A model generated the notes under the pieces. That model was not told the DNA's origin. It made no database searches and saw only the letters and a list, made by a program, of their open reading frames with translations. A program made the translations under genes and the position numbers. Below are positions 49,418 through 58,891 of a stretch of 64,000 bases of DNA, piece by piece (the first letter of the stretch is position 1; each line of letters opens with the position of its first letter). The stretch spans positions 416,001-480,000 of the forward strand of contig OZ242041.1 in assembly GCA_965205215.1 (NCBI GenBank), read 5' to 3'. The DNA is from Nitrosopumilus sp. (GTDB taxonomy: Archaea; Thermoproteota; Nitrososphaeria; Nitrososphaerales; Nitrosopumilaceae).

Positions 49418-50125
49418 CTACACCTCTACCTTGGCAGGTGGCGCGTCCGTGCCTTCGGGCGGCAGCAGGTAGGTGCTGTCGGCCGCCATGCGCGGAACCT
49501 GCCTTCCCCCGGGGTGTAGCACCCATTCCTCTGCAGTCGCCGCCGCCGGCTGGGCGGCATGCGTCGCCTCTCCGCCGCCGCCCTTGCCGCCGCCGAACCT
49601 GTTTGCCTTCATACTCATCCTTCTCCTTACCCGCACTCCTACTATGACGGCCGAGCCGGCCTGCCCTGCAAGCGACGCGAGGGCCATTATGTGCGTGTTT
49701 GCAGTCATGGCCGAGTCAGCCCCCCCGTACATCTCGTAGATCCCGTTCAGCGAGTCTATTATGACGGTCATCCTGCCGGCGGACGACGCGGATATGGCAG
49801 ATGCAAGATCGCGGTGCCACGTGTCCTGGTCGGGACAGACCAGGGTCGTGCAGTCGCGGATCCTTCCGAGGCCCGCCCTTGCGCACCCCGCGTACAGCAG
49901 GTCCGTGTCCATGTACAGCACGGATCCGGCCGCCGCGCCGGCCGCCGCGCGCAGAAACCGCGTCTTTGCGGCCGCGCCGGTGCAGAGTATGACGCTCAGC
50001 GGGGATCCCTCCCGGCCTGTCAGTCTTCGCGCAAGCAGTTCTGCATGCGAGGGCGCGGACGGCGACGGCTGTCCCTCCTGCCCTGACTCCTTTCCGCCCG
50101 CCCCGCCATGGTTTTTATCCATCAC
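49418..50125 (-). CDS. Hypothetical protein, degenerate RecA-like fold
   Basis: VLYMDTD and VIIDSLNG; no intact Walker A. Confidence 0.55.
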   Translation of the reverse strand: MMDKNHGGAGGKESGQEGQPSPSAPSHAELLARRLTGREGSPLSVILCTGAAAKTRFLRAAAGAAAGSVLYMDTDLLYAGCARAGLGRIRDCTTLVCPDQDTWHRDLASAISASSAGRMTVIIDSLNGIYEMYGGADSAMTANTHIMALASLAGQAGSAVIVGVRVRRRMSMKANRFGGGKGGGGEATHAAQPAAATAEEWVLHPGGRQVPRMAADSTYLLPPEGTDAPPAKVEV

Positions 50126-50151
50126 GTGTGGTAGCTGCTTGAGACATAATA

Positions 50152-51435
50152 ATGAGCTTGGATGATCCCACTGCCCGCCCCGCCAGAGGGGTTAAGAGTG
50201 ACTTTGCAGACGACTTTGCATACACGGGGGACAGGATCTACCTGAACAGCGCGTCCGTCTCTGTGATGCCAGAGCCGAGCATAGACGCCATGAGGGACTT
50301 TCTGATAGAGTACAATTTGGCGGGGCCGGACTCTGCCGTATCCAAAGAGCTCGTAACAAAAAAGATCCAAAACGTCAGGAGCATGATTTCAAAGATAATC
50401 TCGTGCAGCCCGGACGAGGTCGTGCTGACCCAGAGTACCACGGACGGGGTAAACATGGTGGCCAGTGGGCTCGGACTAGGCGCCGACGCGGCCGGGGTGA
50501 TAATTCGGGGCATGGAGCACGAACACCATGCCAACCTGTATCCGTGGCTCCGGCTGGCCGAGAGAGGCGTCCGAATCAGGAGCCTCGGGATAGACCGAGA
50601 CGGGCTCTTTGAGATGGGCCAGCTCGCGTCCCTTCTTGACGGGCACGCCGGACTGGTCGTCTTGAGCCACGCCCTGTACAACACGGGCGCCATCCTGCCG
50701 GTAGAGGAGGCGGGCGACGTCATAAGGGAGCGCGCGGGCGACTGCAGATTCTTCCTTGACGCGGCGCAGACCATCGGCTGCATAGACCCTGCAGACTGCG
50801 ACGTCTCCCGCATAGGCTGCGACTATATGTCGTTTAACGGCTCAAAATGGCTGTGCGGCCCCATGGGCACCGGACTGTTTTACTGCAGCCGGGAGGCAGG
50901 CCGCACCTTGGATCCCATAATGATCGGGGGAGAGTCTGCCACACTGGACGGTCATGATGCTTGCTGCAGCAGTGGTGAAGGCAACAATGACCGCGACAGC
51001 AGCAACGATGGCCGCAGCAACGACACGGCGCCCCGGCGCCTTGCCCTCAAGGACGCGCCAGACAGGTTCCAGGCCGGCTTTAGAAACTATGCCGGAGTGG
51101 CCGGGCTGGAGGCCTCCCTGGAGTATGTGACGGGTGTCGGCCTCGGCCGCATACGCGCGATAAACCGGAACCTGGCGGGCCTGCTGTATGACGAGCTAAG
51201 CCGGATGCCCGGCGTCTCCGTGTATGTGCCAGGCGATCCCGCAAGGCGCACCAGCATCATATCATTTAACATCGACGACACGAGCCCGGAGCAGGTGGTT
51301 GAAAGACTGGCGCGGCAGGGGATAATACTCGCCGTCCGCAAACAGGGAAGCCTCGCGCATGTGCGGGCGTCGCCCCATTTTTTCAATACCGAGGGTGAGA
51401 TGCACGCGTTGCTCGATGCGCTAAAAAGGCTGTAG
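50152..51435 (+). CDS. Class V PLP aminotransferase (cysteine desulfurase-like)
   Basis: IYLNSAS, EHHAN, LDAAQ, SKWLCGP.GTG, RASPHFFN. Confidence 0.9.
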   Translation: MSLDDPTARPARGVKSDFADDFAYTGDRIYLNSASVSVMPEPSIDAMRDFLIEYNLAGPDSAVSKELVTKKIQNVRSMISKIISCSPDEVVLTQSTTDGVNMVASGLGLGADAAGVIIRGMEHEHHANLYPWLRLAERGVRIRSLGIDRDGLFEMGQLASLLDGHAGLVVLSHALYNTGAILPVEEAGDVIRERAGDCRFFLDAAQTIGCIDPADCDVSRIGCDYMSFNGSKWLCGPMGTGLFYCSREAGRTLDPIMIGGESATLDGHDACCSSGEGNNDRDSSNDGRSNDTAPRRLALKDAPDRFQAGFRNYAGVAGLEASLEYVTGVGLGRIRAINRNLAGLLYDELSRMPGVSVYVPGDPARRTSIISFNIDDTSPEQVVERLARQGIILAVRKQGSLAHVRASPHFFNTEGEMHALLDALKRL

Positions 51436-51448
51436 GCCCCGCATGTTG

Positions 51449-51703
51449 CTACTGTCCCTGCCCCTCTATTACCATCATGGTCAGGGTGGACTGGACTTTG
51501 CCTATCTTCCTGATCCTGTCCGTTATTATTCCGCGCAGCTCTTCCGGATCGTCGGCCGTAAGCTTGAGGACTATGTCGTACACCCCATACACCCCCTGTA
51601 TCTCAAACTTGGCGTTCTCCGACGCCAGTATCTGTTTCACCTCGTCGATTATGGATTCGTCGGACCCCAGATCAGAATTGAGCAGGACGTACGCTGTCGG
51701 CAC
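51449..51703 (-). CDS. Stand-alone Lrp/AsnC ligand-binding domain protein
   Basis: AYVLLN..VYGVYDIVLK..IRKI..VQSTLTM. Confidence 0.9.
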   Translation of the reverse strand: MPTAYVLLNSDLGSDESIIDEVKQILASENAKFEIQGVYGVYDIVLKLTADDPEELRGIITDRIRKIGKVQSTLTMMVIEGQGQ

Positions 51704-51912
51704 GCTTGGACTCCGTCCAAAGTGTATTTAACCTTTCATGGATGCCCCCGCATGCTGCCGACACGGCAAGCGTGTACGAGGGGGCTGGCCGGCTGACGTA
51801 AGAGAAAGGACGGACTCATGCGCTCTTCCCTGCCGCCGCCCCGCCCTCCCCCCCGCAGCATGCCGCACCGGCCGACATATGACATATTTACCATGGCCGC
51901 GGCCGTTGCCAC

Positions 51913-52605
51913 ATGCAGGCACCGGGGAGGCCACTGAAGCCGCTTGACCTTACCCTCACCATATCAAAGACGCTCCCGACGTTTCCGGGCTCGCCCAGGC
52001 CGCAGTTCATAGGATGGTCCGCCCTTGACGAGGATGGATACAACCTAGAGCTGCTCCTCGCCAGTACTCATTCCGGGACGCATCTTGACGCCCCGTACCA
52101 CTTTGCAAGGGACGGGCTCAGGGTCGACCAGATCAAGCCCGAGAGGCTTGTCGGGAGGGCCGTTCTGATCAGGACTGCCGGCGCCGCGACCGCCGCGCAG
52201 CGCCGCCGCGCCATCACCAGAGACGATATCAGGGAGTTTGAGGAGTCAAGGGACGGCCGCGCAATACGGCCTGGCACGCCGGTGATATTCTATACCGGTT
52301 GGCAGGAGGGGCACCTCGGCTCCAAGGACTATTTTCTGGCAAACCCCGGAATTGACAGGTCGGCCGCAAGATACCTGGCATCAAAGGGGGTGGGGCTGGT
52401 GGGGATAGACTCTCCCAGCATAGACGTGGGGGGCGATCCTAGATTCCCGGCCCACCGCGTACTGGCAGAGGCCGGGGCCGTAATAGTGGAGAACTTGGCA
52501 AACCTTGGGAAGATACGTTCAAGCGAGTTTGACTTTGTCATACTCCCGCTAAAACTGAGGGGCGCAAGCGGCTCCCCGGTCAGGGCCCTAGCGCTCAGCA
52601 GATGA
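51913..52605 (+). CDS. Cyclase/kynurenine formamidase family
   Basis: HSGTHLDAPYHF, GIDSPSID, IVENL, GSPVRA. Confidence 0.9.
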   Translation: MQAPGRPLKPLDLTLTISKTLPTFPGSPRPQFIGWSALDEDGYNLELLLASTHSGTHLDAPYHFARDGLRVDQIKPERLVGRAVLIRTAGAATAAQRRRAITRDDIREFEESRDGRAIRPGTPVIFYTGWQEGHLGSKDYFLANPGIDRSAARYLASKGVGLVGIDSPSIDVGGDPRFPAHRVLAEAGAVIVENLANLGKIRSSEFDFVILPLKLRGASGSPVRALALSR

Positions 52606-52699
52606 TGCGCGGCGGAGGGGGGGCGGGGCGCGTGCACCGTAGCAGTAGCAGCAGCAGGGCCGGCAAGATAAAAATGAGCCGTCCCCTGCCGTACGCGCG

Positions 52700-53233
52700 A
52701 TGAGCAGGCCGGGAAACATGTGGAGAAAGGTACACGGACGCATCACGAAAAGACCGACCAACTTTTCATGGGTGGTTGACGGCAGGCTTGCAGGCTCGGG
52801 CAGGCCTACAAGCCGGGACGAGCTTGACTGGGCGGTAGGCTCACAGGGCATAAAGTGCATAGTTACAATGACTGAGGACCCGCTGCCTCCGCAATGGATA
52901 GCGTCCTCGGGCACGAGGTACCTGCACGTTCCAACCCCGGACCTTACGGCCCCGGACCATGGGCGCCTGAACGACGCGGCCGACTTTATCGACGCGCAGA
53001 TCAGGGAGGGCCGCCCCGTAATGGTGCACTGCGCGGCAGGGCTGGGCAGGGCGGGGACCGTCCTTGCCTGTTATCTGATTAAATACGGGGACCGTACCGC
53101 CGAGCAGGCCATACGCGAGATCAGGGAGAAGAGGCCTGGCTCCATCCAGTCGGCAGAACAGGAGACCGCGGTGGCCTTTTTTGCAAGGCAGCATGCAGGC
53201 CCCGACGGGCGTGACGACGGGGAGCAACCGTGA
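52700..53233 (+). CDS. Dual-specificity protein phosphatase
   Basis: VHCAAGLGRAGT. Confidence 0.92.
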   Translation: MSRPGNMWRKVHGRITKRPTNFSWVVDGRLAGSGRPTSRDELDWAVGSQGIKCIVTMTEDPLPPQWIASSGTRYLHVPTPDLTAPDHGRLNDAADFIDAQIREGRPVMVHCAAGLGRAGTVLACYLIKYGDRTAEQAIREIREKRPGSIQSAEQETAVAFFARQHAGPDGRDDGEQP

Positions 53234-53284
53234 CCAACTACTGATGCAATCATGCCAGATCTGGCTGCTGCCCGGCGCGGCCGC

Positions 53285-53449
53285 TTAGTCTTCTGCAAAC
53301 TCTGCCACGAGCCCGCCGTCGCCTGCTATGCTGATGTAGAGCGTCTTGCCGTTCTGAAAGACAAGTGTCAGCCTGCCACCACCGTCGCCGTCCTCCGGGT
53401 CAATGACCTTTACCAGCTCCTGCATCTTTATCGGATCAAACTTTTCCAT
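53285..53449 (-). CDS. Small protein (54 aa), paralog of 53465-53617
   Basis: Manual translation MEKFDPIKMQELVKVIDPEDGDGGGRLTLVFQNGKTLYISIAGDGGLVAEFAED. Confidence 0.7.
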   Translation of the reverse strand: MEKFDPIKMQELVKVIDPEDGDGGGRLTLVFQNGKTLYISIAGDGGLVAEFAED

Positions 53450-53464
53450 TGTACAGCCTCCGCG

Positions 53465-53617
53465 TCACTCCGGTATCGAGATCGTGTCTATCTTGCCGTC
53501 CCTTGCCTTTATGAAGAGGAACCTGTTGTCCTTGAAGATGAACGTGATTCCGCCCTCCTTGTCGGGCTCTTCGACCTCTAGCACGGGCTGTCCCAGCAGT
53601 CCGTCGTACTTTGCCAT
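53465..53617 (-). CDS. Small protein (50 aa)
   Basis: Manual translation MAKYDGLLGQPVLEVEEPDKEGGITFIFKDNRFLFIKARDGKIDTISIPE. Confidence 0.75.
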   Translation of the reverse strand: MAKYDGLLGQPVLEVEEPDKEGGITFIFKDNRFLFIKARDGKIDTISIPE

Positions 53618-53648
53618 GCGTCACGCTCCTGCAGAGTTCCTTATATCC

Positions 53649-54194
53649 CTAATTGAGAATCGTAATCTCGATTCCATCCGAGTCGTTCTTTATGCTTCCT
53701 GCCTCGGTATACTGGTGCTTTTGCCACGACGCGTACACCTCGGCGCCTATCCTGTGCGTGCCCCCGCCTCCCAGCTCCGACGGCTTTATGACGAACGTCT
53801 CTGCAAAGTCGAACAGCTCGCCCCGGACCTCCTCCTCCGACAGCCTGATGTACGGCTTGAAGTTCTTTGCCACCTGGACCCATATGCGCTTGTCCTTCAT
53901 GGGGTTGACCAGCTTTGGGTTTCTGGTCCAGAATATGGACGCCTTGCGGTAGGTGTCGACGGGCCTTCCCACCGCCTTCTTTCTAAAGCCGCCTGCCGTG
54001 ACCAGCCTTGCGCCGTACTTGAGCTTGAATGAGACGTCGTTTGCCTCGTAGGCCTTGGTCCAGTCGCCCTCGTTGAAGGCGTTCCTGATCCCTCCCTGTA
54101 TGGAGAACTCTGCCGTTATCTCGACGTTCTCGCCGGGGGAGTATTCGGCCTTGGGCGACGTCAGCGTTACCTCCGAGAACCTGCTCTCTGCCAT
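53649..54194 (-). CDS. Hypothetical protein (Ig-like beta fold possible)
   Basis: Coding-like ORF starting MAESRFSEV. Confidence 0.75.
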   Translation of the reverse strand: MAESRFSEVTLTSPKAEYSPGENVEITAEFSIQGGIRNAFNEGDWTKAYEANDVSFKLKYGARLVTAGGFRKKAVGRPVDTYRKASIFWTRNPKLVNPMKDKRIWVQVAKNFKPYIRLSEEEVRGELFDFAETFVIKPSELGGGGTHRIGAEVYASWQKHQYTEAGSIKNDSDGIEITILN

Positions 54195-54583
54195 CCGACT
54201 GCGGTGTGCGCGTCCCTGCTTTATGTGTGCGTTGCGGGCGCGCATGACACCCACGCTAGGGAATAGTTGACATCCGAGTCAAGATCACTTGATCAGTTCA
54301 GTGGGGCGTGCGTGTAGGATGATGATGACGACCTTTGGCGCCGCATGGACTCAGATCCCCTGAAAGTTCGTGCCTGCCATCCCGCATCCTCAGACTTCGC
54401 GGGCAGAATACGAGTCCGGCCACCGTCACCCCCCCTGCGCAACACGCACGAGTTATGGGATTCCAGCACCCGATAAGACGGATCATAGCAGGCCGGTTCG
54501 TGGGGCGGTGGTGGTGGACTTTGCCATGTGTTCGGCCCCGGCGGCGACGTGAACTTATATACTGTATATTGAAATGATGTACC

Positions 54584-55852
54584 ATGAAACTTTTAGGTGT
54601 CCCAACACCCGTGGTGTGCGCAGTTGTTGCGGCCGCGGCGGTTCTTTCCATCGGCGGTGTGACGGCCGAGGACGGCCTGTTCGTGCACGACACTTCTGCC
54701 CAGACCGTCGGCGGCGAGATCAAGATCGCATTTCTAAGCGACTTTGAGCACAAGGGCGTCTTTGAATATGCCGTGAGTGAGTATAACCGTGAGCAGGCCG
54801 CCATAACCTCGTCAAACTATCAGATCGTAAGCAAGGTGGTCGACGTGCCGCTTGGCAATTCTAGTATCACGACTTACATACAGGACTTGGAGAGAGAGGG
54901 CTTCAAGTACTTTATAGGCCCGCTGGCCAGCTCGTCTGCAGAAGCGGCAAAGGTGTACACTGACTCCACAGACGACCTCGTACTGCTGTCCCCGTCCTCT
55001 ACTGCGGCCTCCCTTGCCATCGAAGACGACAGCCTGTTCAGGCTGGTGCCAAGCGACGACGCGCAGGTTCCAGTAATCGTGGACCGAATACAGAGCCAAG
55101 GCAAGGAGCACGTGGTGCTCATATACAGGAACGACACGTGGGGGGTGGGCCTGCATGACATCATAACCCGCGACTTTGCGGTGGCCGATACGATCCTGCT
55201 CAGTCCCGACGGCTCAAACGCGGCCGCAGTGGCGACGGAGGCGGCGGCACAGGTGGGCGGGCTCGTCTCGTCCCACGGCGCGGACAACGTCGCGGTATTG
55301 CTGCTGTCGTTTGACACGGACACCGTTGCGCTTGTACAACACATTACGTCCGATGCGGCGCTGGCCAGTACGCTTGGCGGCGTGCAGTGGTACGGCGCCG
55401 ATGGCACGGCGGAGCAGAGCGAGCTCGTCGACGATCAGGACGTTGCGGCATTCTTGTCATCAGTCAGCTTTGTCTCATCCAAGTTCGAGGTAGCCCCGAA
55501 TCCCATAAACCTCAGGATTGGCGCACAGGCGTTTGGCGACGACGCGACGTACGGGGACAACCTGTACGACGCGGTCTTCCTGCTAGCCGACACGGTAATC
55601 ATACACGGCGAGGAGCTTGCCACGGACCCCGACTCCACCGTAAGGTCGCTGGTACTTGACGTGGCGGCCGGGCTGCGCGGCCACGACCACCACCACTCCT
55701 CAAGGACCGTCGGCGACGGCGCGCTCGGACCATATGAGCTCAACGCGGCCGGCGACATGTCGTCCCCGCTCACGTTCGAGCAGTTCGGAATATTTGAAAA
55801 CTCCGACGGGTCGTTTGAGTGGCGCATCATAAAGACAACCGTGTGCCGCTGA
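54584..55852 (+). CDS. Orphan LivK-like (PBP type 1) solute-binding protein
   Basis: Signal peptide; IGPLASS, LSPSSTA..LAIEDDSLFRLVPSD, YRNDTWGVGL, YDAV, LNAAGD; CTTATATA box upstream. Confidence 0.85.
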   Translation: MKLLGVPTPVVCAVVAAAAVLSIGGVTAEDGLFVHDTSAQTVGGEIKIAFLSDFEHKGVFEYAVSEYNREQAAITSSNYQIVSKVVDVPLGNSSITTYIQDLEREGFKYFIGPLASSSAEAAKVYTDSTDDLVLLSPSSTAASLAIEDDSLFRLVPSDDAQVPVIVDRIQSQGKEHVVLIYRNDTWGVGLHDIITRDFAVADTILLSPDGSNAAAVATEAAAQVGGLVSSHGADNVAVLLLSFDTDTVALVQHITSDAALASTLGGVQWYGADGTAEQSELVDDQDVAAFLSSVSFVSSKFEVAPNPINLRIGAQAFGDDATYGDNLYDAVFLLADTVIIHGEELATDPDSTVRSLVLDVAAGLRGHDHHHSSRTVGDGALGPYELNAAGDMSSPLTFEQFGIFENSDGSFEWRIIKTTVCR

Positions 55853-55908
55853 CCCTCGGCCTCTGCTGCAGGGTTGATTTATATCCATAACTGGCACGGC
55901 GCAGTCAC

Positions 55909-56187
55909 ATGAAGGCCCATGTGGTAAGCTCGGAGCCCAAGGAGGTCAACCTGTCAATCGCGGAGGCCGATATCGGAATCCTGTACATAATACAGCACGA
56001 GCTTCTCAAGGCGGCCGGAACCAGCTTTGCAGGCGTCATAGTAAAGCATCCGCTCACGAACGAGTGCTGGATGAAGGTCGGCTCGTCCTCGGCGCCGCTG
56101 GCCGAGATCCAAAAGGCGGCCGAGTCCGCGATAAAGACGGCCGCGGGCCTCAAGGATCTCTTCTATTCCACAGTCAAGGTCGAATGA
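55909..56187 (+). CDS. rpoL: RNA polymerase subunit Rpo11/L
   Basis: QHELL..FAGVIVKHPL; directly precedes tfs. Confidence 0.8.
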   Translation: MKAHVVSSEPKEVNLSIAEADIGILYIIQHELLKAAGTSFAGVIVKHPLTNECWMKVGSSSAPLAEIQKAAESAIKTAAGLKDLFYSTVKVE

Positions 56188-56188
56188 G

Positions 56189-56530
56189 TTGAAGTTCTGC
56201 CCCACATGCGAGGTGAAGATGAGGCGCGGCGCGGACGGCCTGATCTGCCCGAAATGCGGGCATGCCAACGCGCAGGGCGGGGAACCAGCGGCTCCGGCCT
56301 CCTCTGCCGCTGCCGCCGACAGCGGCGACGGCGCTCAGGGTGTTGTCGGCCTGAACGTCTTTGATGATTCAGACGAGGACGAGTCGCGCCCCACGATCAA
56401 GATAGAGTGCGAAAAGTGCGGAAACGACGAGGCCGTATGGTGGATGCTGCAGACCCGTAGCGCCGACGAGCCCACCACGCAGTTCTACCGCTGCACGAAA
56501 TGCCAGTACACTTGGCGCGACTATTCGTGA
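56189..56530 (+). CDS. tfs: Transcription factor S
   Basis: KFCPTC..CPKCG; CEKCG..QTRSADEPTTQFYRCTKC. Confidence 0.95.
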   Translation: MKFCPTCEVKMRRGADGLICPKCGHANAQGGEPAAPASSAAAADSGDGAQGVVGLNVFDDSDEDESRPTIKIECEKCGNDEAVWWMLQTRSADEPTTQFYRCTKCQYTWRDYS

Positions 56531-56649
56531 CCGCGCCACGCGATGCGGGGGCGCCAGCCCGGGCAACCCCCGCGCCCCGCCGCCCCTGCCACCGCCGCCG
56601 AGCTCCAGCAGCATGATTTTTAATGAAGCATTACGGCGCCCAAGTCAAC

Positions 56650-57435
56650 TTGACTTTTACTGCAAAGACAAGCGGCTCAGACGACCTCAAGACCATCATA
56701 TCTGCGATATCCACGCTAGTCGAGGAGGCCACCTTTGACGCCACGGCCGAGGGAATCACGTTCCGCGGAATGGATCCGTCCCACGTGGCGCTGATAGACA
56801 TCTCGTGGCCCAACTCTGCCTTTGAAAAGTACGAGTGCGACAGCGACATAAAGTTCGGCGTCCGCATCGACGAGTTCTCCAAGATAATAAAGAGGGCCGA
56901 CAAGAAGGACAGCATCGACATCAGCATCTCCGATGACAACAAGCTGCTAGTTACGGTCGGCCGCAACAAAAAGTACAGGATACGGCTGATAGAGAGCTCT
57001 GCAACCGACACGCCGCTCCCCAAGATACCTTACGACACCAAGATCGTGGTCCCCACCACAAAGTTTGACAAGGTGCTCGGCGACGTGCAGGTGGTCTCCG
57101 AGTACCTGACGATCCGCGTCGCGGGCAACGTAGTGGAATTTTCCGGCAAGGGCGACTCAGGCGAGGTCGCGATAGAACTGGGAGTGTCCGGCTCGCGCGA
57201 CTCCGGAAGCGACGACGCAAACTCCTCGGATAACATAATCGAGGAGGTAGAGACCAAGACGGAGAGCACCGGAACCTACTCGCTGGAGTACCTCAATCCG
57301 GTCATAAAGGCCGTCGGGAGTGCCACGTCCCGCGTGACGTGCGAGTTCTCATCTGCAAAGCCGCTCAGGCTCGAGTGCAAGATTGCAAACATAGGCAGGA
57401 TCCACTTTTACTTGGCCCCGCGGGTCGAGGGTTAA
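56650..57435 (+). CDS. pcn: PCNA sliding clamp
   Basis: MDPSHVALI, YSLEYL, FYLAPRVE. Confidence 0.95.
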   Translation: MTFTAKTSGSDDLKTIISAISTLVEEATFDATAEGITFRGMDPSHVALIDISWPNSAFEKYECDSDIKFGVRIDEFSKIIKRADKKDSIDISISDDNKLLVTVGRNKKYRIRLIESSATDTPLPKIPYDTKIVVPTTKFDKVLGDVQVVSEYLTIRVAGNVVEFSGKGDSGEVAIELGVSGSRDSGSDDANSSDNIIEEVETKTESTGTYSLEYLNPVIKAVGSATSRVTCEFSSAKPLRLECKIANIGRIHFYLAPRVEG

Positions 57436-57467
57436 AGCATTTTAAGGCTGCAACCGGCCGATGTGAC

Positions 57468-58883
57468 ATGCGGGAGCAGCTGCTCGTCCTCAAGTACGAC
57501 GGGGCGTCAATCACGTCTGCAAAAGACATACGCAACATGGCCGCATATGTCGCCGGACTCTCGGGTAACAGCCGGCTTGTCGTGGTGTGCTCTGCGACGG
57601 GCGGCACCACGGACACCCTGCTGAGCATTGCAGACTCGATCAAGAGGGGCGACAAGAGGCCGGCAGAGCGCCTGGCATCCGGCATGATCAGGAGACACAG
57701 GCGCCTGGCAGTCCAAGTGGCGGGGAAGGCGTCTGTCCAGAAGAGGATGCTTGCCGCCATTGATTCGGACTCTGCGGAGCTGATGGCGCTCATCGACGGC
57801 ATGGTGTTGCTCGGCGAGGTGACGCCGGGCATGATGGACTACATGCTGTCGTTCGGGGAGAGGCTGTCAGTCAAGCTGGTTGCGGGGGCCATATCAGACC
57901 GCCGCGGGGTGCGCGCAGTACCGCTTACCGGCAAGGAGGCCGGGATCGTAACCGACTCCGAGTTCGGCCAGGCGAGGCCGCTGATGGACACCACCCGCCT
58001 GCGGGTTGCAAAGACCCTCGGCGCCGCCATGTCCGACGGCGTGATTCCTGTGGTGGGCGGCTTTGTGGGCGCCGACCAGCACGGCCGGTTCACGACGCTT
58101 GGCAGGGGCGGCTCTGACTATACGGCCACCATAATAGGCTCATGCATAGGGGCCGACGAGATCTGGCTCATGGGGGAGGTGGACGGCCTTCTGACCGCCG
58201 ATCCGAGCCTCGTGCGCGATGCGAGGACCCTCAGGCACGTCTCGTACGTGGAGGCAGTCGAGATGGCGCTCTTTGAGGCAAAGCAGATACACCCGCGCAC
58301 GTTTGAGCCAGTCCTGGCGCGGGAGATTCCGATGCGCATACGCAGCTCAAGAAACACCGGGGATCCCGGCACGCTGGTCACCGCCTCGCCGCCGCCCACG
58401 GTCAGGAACACCGTAAAGTGCGTAAGCCGCATCAGGGACAGCGGCCTGGTGGACATACAGGGGGGGAGCATGGTGGGGACGCCCGGCACGGCGGCCCGGA
58501 TATTTGCCACGCTGGCGGAGGCCGGAATCAACGTGATGATGATATCGCAGAACCCGTCGGAGTCGAGCATTACCATAGTGGTCCGGGACTCGGATCTGGA
58601 CAGGGCCGTAAGCTCGCTGGAGCTGAAACTGCTGGGCAAGATAATCAAGAGGCTGGAGGTCACCACCAACATGTCGATCGTGGCGCTCATCGGGTCCGGG
58701 ATGCGCGGCACTGTCGGCGTGGCCTCCAAGGTCTTCGAGTCGATGGGCCGCGCCGGGATCAACGTGGCCATGATAACCCAAGGGTCGTCTGAGCTGAATC
58801 TTGCATTTGTGGTGCGCAACGAGGACGCGGACGGCGCCGTGCGGGCCCTGCACGACATGTTCGGGCTTGGAAGGGCAGGCTGA
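57468..58883 (+). CDS. Aspartate kinase
   Basis: LKYDGASI, SFGERLS, TLGRGGSDYTA, two ACT domains. Confidence 0.93.
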   Translation: MREQLLVLKYDGASITSAKDIRNMAAYVAGLSGNSRLVVVCSATGGTTDTLLSIADSIKRGDKRPAERLASGMIRRHRRLAVQVAGKASVQKRMLAAIDSDSAELMALIDGMVLLGEVTPGMMDYMLSFGERLSVKLVAGAISDRRGVRAVPLTGKEAGIVTDSEFGQARPLMDTTRLRVAKTLGAAMSDGVIPVVGGFVGADQHGRFTTLGRGGSDYTATIIGSCIGADEIWLMGEVDGLLTADPSLVRDARTLRHVSYVEAVEMALFEAKQIHPRTFEPVLAREIPMRIRSSRNTGDPGTLVTASPPPTVRNTVKCVSRIRDSGLVDIQGGSMVGTPGTAARIFATLAEAGINVMMISQNPSESSITIVVRDSDLDRAVSSLELKLLGKIIKRLEVTTNMSIVALIGSGMRGTVGVASKVFESMGRAGINVAMITQGSSELNLAFVVRNEDADGAVRALHDMFGLGRAG

Positions 58884-58891
58884 CCCCCCGG

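Noticed and set aside
54319-54363. C/D-box sRNA (ATGATGA...CTGA)
   Set aside because: No convincing C'/D' boxes or recognisable target; the GAT run may be a simple repeat.
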